DNA of 64,000 bases from Octopus vulgaris (taxonomy: Eukaryota), in assembly GCA_951406725.2 (NCBI GenBank), contig OX597826.1:51956001-52020000 (forward strand), given 5' to 3'. The translations under genes were made by a program, and so were the position numbers. Below are positions 54,416 through 64,000 of this stretch, in pieces. Each line of letters starts with the position of its first letter. Position 1 is the first letter of the stretch. The notes beneath the pieces were generated by a model. That model was given only the letters and a program-made list of their open reading frames with translations. It was not told where the DNA came from and made no database searches.

Positions 54416-56138
54416 TATATGTTTTTAATTATTTAAATTCTTCGTTTAAAGAAGGAACTGGTCTCTAACAAGGATACAAAGTTCCATCGTTGGAATGTAG
54501 TTAACGAAAACCATGTCACATTTTAAACCTGAGAAAATTCTTGCATAGTTTTACTCTTCTATTAACAGGTCAGATGTGTAATGTGCAGGTCAGCTGGCTG
54601 GTTTCTTTTTCTGAAAATCCAAGCTTATTCAGACTGACGATTAAACATTTACTTACAGAATCAAGTGCTCCAATTATTATTGGTATAAATGTAAATTTAT
54701 AATCCAGATGTAGAAGCTGGAGGTTTCAAAGCAGTTGCCCATAGTTATCTTCTGTCTCTTTGATTTCCAAATACGTATTTACATCAGCAGGACAGCTGAC
54801 CTATATGATGGTGCATATTTTTTCTTATGTGTCCCAAACGACAATATCCGGCGTGATATACTTACACTTGACAGATGTTCCACCAGTATTCCTTGTACTG
54901 ACATTTGCGTACATAGGAGGATCGTATGTATTCATTTCAGGGAAGACTTTTCCCGGATGACACTGTATGTATGCATGTATGTATGTATGTATGTATGTAT
55001 GTATGTATGTATGTATGTATGTATGTATGTATGTATTTATTTATTTATTTATTTATATGAGTTTATGTGTGTATGAGTGTGTGAGAGCGTGTGTGTGTAG
55101 AGAAATACACCTATAAATATATGCATGTAAAGATACATATGTAAATATACATACATATATAAATAGAGAGAGGGGGAGAGACAGATAGACAGAAAGTGTG
55201 TATGTGTGTCTGTGTGTGTCTGTGTGTGTCAGTGTGTAATAAATGAGAGCATTAACGATATTAACAATATAAAAATCAAATCATAAATCTAATGCTCTTT
55301 ATGTCTGTTGCACGATATCATCAAATAGAAATAAATAGAAAGACCATCTTGAACAAATATATTTCGGTAGTGTTGAACTGCAAGTATTTAGCATTTCTAC
55401 GTATGTTTGTCACGTTCCAGTTTAGGTAAATATATCTACATAAACTTGTCACATTTCCCAAGTTAACAACATACACTCTCAATCATGCATAATCCAATAG
55501 AAATCGAAATAAACTGATAAAATATGCGGCAAAAATAGGAAACATGAGAAAATATCGATAAATATAGGAAACAGGATTTAAAAGAAAAAAGGTAATAAAG
55601 CAAAACAAAGGAGTACTGTATGATTGTGTGACAACTTCTTTGCACTTTATTTTCTTTCTTTCGTGAGTAACATTTAAGCAGACATGCACGCGCACACATC
55701 GATGTGTATTATTATCAAGTGCATGTGTGTATGTATATATGCATGTGTGTGTCTGTATGTATATAGGGAGATATGTATGTATATGAGTGTACATATATAT
55801 GTTTGTGTGTATTATGTGTCGCTATGTATGTATATGTTTTTGTTTATATTTATATATAAATATGTATGTATATATTTATGATTATGTCTATATGTATATA
55901 TGTGTGTATAGTTCAATATATACACATACACACACACGTATATTTTTGAGTGCCATTAAGAAGAAAAATTTTGAAACGTACTTACTTTCTATGTGGTAGC
56001 TAATCAGCAGAAAGTAAAGCATTTCAAATACCAGATCGATAGATCAATATTTAGATCACCTTACGAGAAGGAGTAACTTAAATTTTGATACCTCTGGAGA
56101 CGAAATATGATAATATTATTAATATATTGGCGCATGAA

Positions 56139-56440
56139 GGCGCGTGGCCTGTTGGTTAGGGTATGTACTCACGATTTGACAATCGTGTTTTCATTCGCAG
56201 ATCAGGCGGCGTGTTGTGCTCTTTACCTTACTCTAGTGCTGCGTGCGGACAGACTTGTCAAAAAATAGACGCGATGTTTCCTATGCCTGTTGTAAAGGGC
56301 AACTAAAAGAGGTTGATGTAGGACTTGCACTCCAGCCTGGTAAAACCGTCAGCAGTAACACCGCCAGGAGTAGGGCAACAACAGCAAATGGTGGATGCGG
56401 AAACTCGCTGCCACAGTGCATTCCCCCATGCTACTTCTAC
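56139..56440 (+). mobile_element. tRNA-derived SINE with a Nin/Deu-like domain
   Basis: Head ggcgcgtggcctgttggttaggg; tgcctgttgtaaagggcaactaaaag resembles the Nin/Deu core TGTCGTAAGAGGCGACTAAA. Confidence 0.55.
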
Positions 56441-58344
56441 TCTTGGCGCTATAAATTCTTTTCTTTTGTGGGTAAATTTTTACTTTATTTACATTATTTA
56501 CGTTTAACGGATATTTGTCCTCATCTCGTCAAATGTAAATAATGTAAGTAATGTAAATAATGTACATAAATCCCCATCTTTTAAATATAGAACTGCAATT
56601 TTTACAGTTAGCTAGAATCTTTTGCAGATGGCCAACATAAATTCCTTGATAAATCGCATAAACTCGTTAAGTATAAGAGTAAAGTTAAGAAGTTTAATTG
56701 TTAAAGGTGATCATGAAAAGTCTCATTTGGTTGTTGGATATATTTTTGCATCTTCTGTGAGTGATAGAATCATACAATTAGTAGTTGTTGATATTTTATT
56801 TTTTTATTATATGTTAGGACTTAGAAACACTTTGTATTTGATATAATAAAATTTGCATACCATGTATGTGAAATAAAAATTATGTTGCAAATGAAATTGT
56901 TGAAAGCCGTTAAAGGTATTACTTCTGAGCCAGGAATTATCCCACTTTATTATATTTGTTGGCCCATTTCAGACCGATGCCTCAAGATATTGAAAATATA
57001 GAACAAAGTTCTCACCATTTCATTTTACAAAGTAATAAATATCAGTTAATGACTAGAATGTTATCACATTTATATTTAATTATTTGTTGTGCAAGATTTT
57101 TTATGTGAAGTCGTGTGTTGAAACAGATATATGACCATTCCGAAATATAACAACATTTATATTTATTTAAATAAATAAGAGTATAGTGGAAACCCACTAT
57201 ATTCAAATGATTAACAGCATCAATAGTTTTAGAATGTTCTGTTGGCAGTATATTGCTATCCAATCTACTGTCCTGAAAAGTACAAGCATTTTCATATATC
57301 ACAAGATACATCAAGTTATGCACTATTTTATAGGATATATATTCAGGCAAACATACACATTAAAAAAAATATACGCAAACTATGTGTGCATAAACAACAC
57401 TAGCCCCAATATCAAAAATACAAACTTGAAGGCAACACCACTCCACATCATCAAGGCGAGTTTGACATATGCTGGAAATGATGATAAAATCGAATTTGGG
57501 AATTTATGGTTCCAAAGAAGCTACGAGTATCTGATATGCATATAGGAAAAGAAAAGCCCAAAAAGAAGTGTATTGTCATATTTTGAATATACAATATCTA
57601 ACAAAAAAACACTCACACATACAGACACACACACATACACACACACACTCATATACAAACACAAACACACACACTCATATGTATATATATATATATATGT
57701 GTATATATATATGTGTATATATATATATATGTGTATGTATATAAATATATATATGTACACACACATCTTGTATAATAAATTTAGACACCATGTAGAAGAA
57801 TACTGTAGGTTTATTCAAGCACAATGTTGATGCATGGAAATTTCTATGGGCCTCAAATATCTATAGTTCTATAGAACAGAATTGTGTGCATAAATACAAT
57901 TATGATTTTCTGTTCCATATAAGACACTTCATTATTTGGAATGAAGCAAAGATACGTTAGCATATGTGTGTGTTTAAGCATATAAATATATGTATATGTA
58001 TGTATATGCATATATATTTAAGTGTGTAAGTATTATGCATGTATGTATGTATATATATGCATATATATATATATATAATCATATATTCATATGTAGGTAT
58101 TAGAGAACATATATGCATACACACGCAGTTATGTGTACCTTTATGCATGAGTACATATATATGTCCATATTATATACACATGTGTGTATCTCTCTCACTC
58201 CCACAAGTTTGTATATATATATATATATATATATACATACATACGCACAAATGTACACACACAAATACACACAGAATGAAAAAAGAAACTTCATATAATT
58301 ATTCGTGTGCTAACGAGGCACTTCAGAATTACGAGGAGCAGCGA

Positions 58345-58378
<34 letters not shown>

Positions 58379-59985
58379 CAGACAGAGACAGAGAAGGGAA
58401 TAATCGGGACAAAAAATGGCCAGGAGTATGGTAGCTATTTCTTAGAGAGACGGAGGGTGAGGAGAGCGTGAGAGAGGGAAGAAGAGAGAGAGGGAGAGAG
58501 AGAGAGAGGGGAAGAGAGAGTGAGACTTAAGAGCAAACAGCAAATACATACATTATACACGCATACACACATGCGTGTCTGTCTGTGTATGTGTGTGCGT
58601 GTGTGTGTGTGTTAAACGGTATTTAATGCATTTTTTTGATATCAAGTTATATATAAATGCAATTTGGTATTAAACTCAATGATTGTTCACTACTTTTTTG
58701 CAAAGTATATATATCTATTAGCTTTTATAAGGAAAAGGTTGACAATGACTTCGAAGTTTCGGCTTGCTTGTCTTCATCATGTATGTAGATGGGTGTATGT
58801 GCGTATGCATACGTCTTGTGCGTTTGTAAGCTTATGAGAGTGCGTGCGTTCATGTGTATCTTGTGAACGAACGAAATTATGGAGGAAAGACTGAAAGAGA
58901 TAAAATAGATAAAACAACAAAATAAATAACGAAAATGTTTTTATAGAGATGTGAAAACATCTGAGTAGAAACTACTAATGATATAGATAATTGCAGACTT
59001 TAAATTCTTAAGAGAGTGTCAAATAAAGAAGGTCACAAGGATATTTCAAAATAAAGAAAAAGAATGAACACAAAAAAAGAAAATTGTAGAAGGAATTGAA
59101 GTCGAGTGTTCGAAGACAAGGTTTAAATTGTTTCAGCATAAAACAGAAAGTTTAATGAATAGATCGACAGGGAATGATTGTCACGTGTTTAGCAGAAGGA
59201 AGTGGAGGAGCGCAAAAAGAGAATTGTTAGCGAAACATGTGAATCGATATTGAGATGAGGGAAGCGGGCGGCAAAGAAAACAATTTGTACAAAAACAAAG
59301 GAGGAACTGCTCTGTGTATGTGTATGTGTGTGTGTGGGGGGGGGAGCTTGCGTGTGTGCGCGTGGAGAGAGTGAGAGTAAAAGAGGTGAGAGATAAGGAA
59401 TGAAAGGGGCTGGTAAATTATTAAAGGCTCGTTAGCAAAAGGCAAAAGAAATATACATGGAGAGAAAGATAACGTGAGAGCGAGATGTAGAAAGAGAGAG
59501 AAAGAGAGAGAGAGAGGGGGAGGGAGAGAGAGCGAGATAAAAGACAAAAGGAAATGTACTAACAAGTGTGTTTAATGTTTGTCTCGAAGGTACGAACGAA
59601 AGTACACAGATTAATATATACATATTTATGCAGTCATATACATACATATTTATACACTTATGTGTTTCTATAATGTGTGTGTGTGTCTGTGTGTGAGAGA
59701 GAGAGAGAGAGAATGCTTTTCGAAATAAACTTTACACTTTATGTCAGAAAATCTGAGGAAGCTGTATGGTCATGTACAAGCACTCATCTCGGGATGCCCT
59801 GCATCTTATAGCAGAAACAATTACAAGCTATTACAGCTGATTATGTAATTCCTGTTCCCTTGACATTTATTTAATTTCATATTACGCTCTTTACTCAAGA
59901 AAAACTTTATCCTGAAGCATGTGTATATTGAGATGTAACATCAAGTTATAAGTATCGATAGACCTAAACGAAATCTTAATATATA

Positions 59986-60204
59986 TGCGAGGGCTGCTGA
60001 AAAGTTCTTGGCGTTAAGGGTGTTACGAAAGGTTTGGCTAGAGGCGCAAACTGCCGAGCTCTTTTACAGTGCTTAGAAAATCTGAAGGACCGATGCAATA
60101 AATGTGTAAATCTGAGAAGGGAACATGTTGAATAAAATCATAATTAACTGATCCTCGTGTATTTTTTTTACCCAAGCCAGGAAATTTTCAGCATCCGTCA
60201 TGTA
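59986..60204 (+). mobile_element. Mariner-derived MITE (~220 bp)
   Basis: TIRs cgagggctgctgaaaagttcttggc / gccaggaaattttcagcatccgtca; TA flanks; LKDRCNKCVNLRREHVE* relic. Confidence 0.8.
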
Positions 60205-60524
60205 AATATAAAGTTCACAAATGAGATCCAGATATTCTCCGTATAGAAGACACTTAGTAGTGCTCAAAAGATTCAAACATAGATTCCGATGTCTTCACAG
60301 GGGATCATCCCATCAAGTAAAGAGAAGCTATTAGAGGGATCAAGTTGAGAGGGTATCGAAGCAGTTATGGGGTTAAACAAATTAAACACATCAATTATAT
60401 TAACTATATTAAATACATCAAATACAAAATATGCATATATGTATACATGCAAAACGAGAGTAAGCAAAAGGTGGAAACTTTCAGATAATAATTTTTTATG
60501 TATAAATATATAGATATTTATATT

Positions 60525-61560
60525 AATAATAATAATAATAATGAAATTATTGTATACAGTGCTCAGGTGCACCACAACTTGTCAGAAAGTGCATATAAAG
60601 TACATGCAGTAATGTAAAAAATGTCTGGAAAGCGAACAATGTATGAGTCAGATACATGCCTGTGTGTGTATGGAGGGGAGAAAATCAGGTGTAGTGTTGG
60701 CGAATCTCAGAAAGCATGGAAGTTCAACTTAAACAGATTACAAAAGACCAAGAAAATTAAAGGGGTGGAAGAAAGGTCCAAAAGCTGTTTCTGGAGTTAC
60801 CGCGATTGATAATGATGTTGGTAGATTTAGTTCATTACAAAACGCAGCTGTATGAATGTATTTAACATGAGTTGAGACAAGCCTCTGATATCAGGCTTGA
60901 GGAGATCTTAGATTTCTTAATGCAGAGATGTTTAAAGATGGAATGATTAAATGTGGAGAGCTAAGTGTATTAGATGGGTATTAAGACAAGGAATGCTGAG
61001 AGGAGAAAAGAGTGTTGAAGTCGAGTGAGGGTTTAATTATGAAGCTACTAAGGAAATGGTAGTAGAGGTGAAAAGCATGAAGATAAATAGGAGGTTGGGG
61101 TAATATATGAATGGTAGTCTATTGTGTTGAGCTTGTTAAAGTTTAGAGATGGAAGCTACAGAATTATTGGTTGCGATAGTGAGAAAAGGAATGGCAATTA
61201 TTTGAGGGAAGTAAAGTGTCTAGTTCTGTGGCAGAAGATTACTAAGGTATATAGGAAGGTACGAGAGAAGACAGCGGGGGATGGACAGAACAGGGGGTGA
61301 GTTGGCGGTCAAGATAACAGGGGTTTGTGGGATAATGAATGTGGGTTGGTATTAGAGGATGTGTACAGTGGTATACAGAGATGTATGAAATTGAATAGAG
61401 GGAAGTGAGTGTAGGGAGGCTATGAGGGAGTTGTAATGTAGTAGATTAGAGGAATTTGCAAGGGTAACAATGAGAAAGAATAGTTTAATAGGGAGGGTAA
61501 TATTAGTTGAGGTGGTAAGTTGCTAGGCTGACCTTGTCCTACCTCGAAGTTAATTTGAGT
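60525..61560 (-). mobile_element. Probable decayed CR1/L2-type LINE pieces (3' end with (TTA)n tail plus upstream ORF relic)
   Basis: 3' UTR-like segment ending in (TTA)n on the minus strand; NRGNSRNSFWTFL and PTHIHYPTNPCYLD relics; strong G/A skew on the + strand. Confidence 0.4.
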
Positions 61561-61991
61561 AAGGAAACTTGTGGTTGTGGAATTACACAGATTTAATAAA
61601 ATGCGGAAATAGAACTTCTGTTTACAAGATGATGAGGGACGACTGCTCATACACACATAATTATATTACCAGAAGATGGAATGAACAGGCTTTAATCCCA
61701 ATCACTTTGATTGTTTCTGTGTATTAGTATTAGCAGAGTGTTTCACACATTACACATATCATTATACAAATATGATCCATGAATAGTTGTGTACCTGCAC
61801 GTCATAAGGGGAGTAGCTTTGAGAGTGATGTAGATTAAAACCTGTTCATTCTATCTTCTTGCATTATAATTTTTTTGGTATGAATTCTTCATATATTAAC
61901 GGATTCCCAAATGTATATCTACTAATCGGAGAATTCCTCTTCTATATGGTAGTATGGTAATCGATACCCGTTGAGGAGCTTTGGAATGCAC

Positions 61992-62038
<47 letters not shown>

Positions 62039-62578
62039 ACACACACAATGATCGGTGGAAAGATCCGAGACTCCTTTTTTTTTTTTTTTCGGGCACAAGC
62101 ATAATAGATTGAATACAAAAGAACTGGATTGTGAATATTATTCTATTGAAACAGGGAATTACAAGCATTTACCGTAACAGAATGCTTTTTCTGTAAATCT
62201 TTTGGTTCTTCTGTGTCTACACCAATAAACTGATATTAGATTTATGCTGGAATGCATTCATTTCAGTTTATGTATTTATCCAGTTGAAAAATTGAAGTAG
62301 ACGCTACTCTCCCAGATCTGGGATCTTGATCTAGCTACTTCCCTTTCTCCACTAAATCTGCTGAGGAATATCCTATTGATATAGATAATAATAAGTAAAT
62401 AAATGAATATATAACGAAAACTATTTAATCTCATATATTTTTACAACAGTCAAATATGGTTTTCCAACAGCTTTTTGTTGACACCATAATAAAATAAATT
62501 TAGACACCGTCCAGGATTTTTGTAATCATTATAAAGCATGCAAGGGCGGTGGACTGAGAGAAGTGTTATAATGTCAGA

Positions 62579-62788
62579 ATCGTTAGCACGCCGGGCGAAA
62601 TGCTTATCGGTATTTCGTCTACCGTTACGTTCTGAGTTCAAATTCCGCCGAGGTCGACTTTGCCTTTCATCCTTTCGGGGTCGATTAAATAAGTACCAGT
62701 TACGTACTGGGGTCGATATACTTGACTTAATCTGTTTGTCTGTCATTGTCCTCTCTGTGTTTAGCCCCTTGTGGGTAGTAAAGAAAGA
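62579..62788 (+). mobile_element. Young long-tail SINE family B inserted in the head of an older family B copy (62544-62905)
   Basis: 14-bp TSD gttataatgtcaga at 62565-62578 and 62789-62802. Confidence 0.9.
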
Positions 62789-64000
62789 GTTATAATGTCA
62801 GACAAATTGCTATGCATTATTTGTTCCGACTCGTTGCATTCTGATTTCAAATCCCGCTGGGGTCAATTTTGCCCTTCATTCTTCCGAGGTCGATAAAATA
62901 AAAACCTAGCTAGCTCGATATTATCGTTTTAGCTACTCCGCACACAGGATACTAGTCTAGATTAGAGGGGATTACACAGAAAGTATAATGAACAGTGTTA
63001 ATAAATAATACATACTTTGAAGCGAGAGGTGTATTTTGTTTAAGTGACAGTTTATTAAGAGTGCAATCAAGTTTTATATACTTTTAATATTGTTATTTTT
63101 TAATACACCAGTGAAAGACATGTTGATGCGTACAAATATGTTGATTCCTTTTTTGTTTTAATAGTTTACCAGTCGATGAGAATTATGTGCATACGCTTCT
63201 AGCTCACTATTTATCCATAAACCAACCAATCAATCTACCTACCTACCTACCTTCCTTCTTACCTACCTACCTACCTTCCTACCTACCTACCTGCCAATCG
63301 ACTTATCTCTTTATTTGTACGAAGCTATGCCTTTGTCTTCGTTTTTTGTTCTTCCAAACATATTTGTTATTGTAAGTTGTGGAATGTAAGTGCATACATA
63401 CTTGTAGCTGGATCAATTAGCTTATACTTTGTTGTATCGATCACTACCATCAATCGACCAATCAGTTGGTCGATGCGTGTTTTGTAGTTTACATTAAGAA
63501 GAGATTTTCATATTGTTGAAACTTTGCTGTTTTTCTGATTTGAACAGCTAAATCGATGACAAGTGGCAAAGAACCATGTCTAAATCTGCTTCTCCAACGA
63601 TCGGCTCTAGAATGTACTTAGGAAGGCAGAGCGATAAATATATGTCACTTCTTGACAATAACTCAATTACTGCTGTCATTAGCATTCTTATCGTAGTTAT
63701 TAACAAACTTTGCATCGCGACTCTTGTCATAAAACAGGCAGAAAATAAAACCTGCGAACGTGATGGTATAACGGTCTTTATTGGCAAAGTTTAAAGACTT
63801 TATTTCGGGAGTTTAGATATGATTTTTTGCTGGGCTGCGAGAGAAATTTGGAGTTGCAGAACTGACTCTTCGTCCAAGAGAAACAGAGGTAAATTCAGAT
63901 GTTTTACGAAATCTTAACACAAGAATTACATTGCTCTAAATAAAATATAGCGAATTGGTAGGGTTGTTAGAGCGTCGGAATAAAACGACTTGGGGTATTT

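Noticed and set aside
54570-54960. Acceptor-like site and short ORFs as the next receptor exon
   Set aside because: No iGluR S2/M4 motifs and no convincing donor in an open frame.
63548-63794. Overlapping ORFs on both strands after an acceptor-like tgaacag
   Set aside because: All frames from the acceptor hit stops and there is no recognisable similarity to the expected next receptor exon.

Overview
Eukaryotic, very AT-rich DNA saturated with microsatellites ((TA)n, (CA)n, (CATA)n, (TATC)n, (AAT)n, (CTA)n). The repeat landscape suggests a coleoid cephalopod (Octopus-like) genome; this is an inference. Nearly all ORFs in the supplied track are microsatellite artefacts. I find one convincing host coding exon, which the track missed: 45506-45639 (+), encoding part of the S2 ligand-binding lobe of an NMDA-type (GluN3/GluN1-like) ionotropic glutamate receptor. 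The window is therefore probably the intronic interior of a very large receptor gene. The rest is mobile-element debris: two abundant tRNA-derived SINE families (CORE-like and Meta-like), a Nin/Deu-like SINE, R4/Dong-like RLE retrotransposon fragments in microsatellites, CR1 and RTE fragments, a Penelope GIY-YIG fragment, mariner remnants, a hAT MITE and a possible hAT-like transposase fossil. The most interesting observations are recurrent nesting of one SINE into the head of its own family (identical junction twice), long foldbacks and repeats carrying hammerhead-ribozyme-like cores, a head-to-head SINE pair 13 nt apart, and an unusual agonist-site motif in the receptor exon. Most repeat boundaries are approximate, and family names come from motif recall, not database searches.
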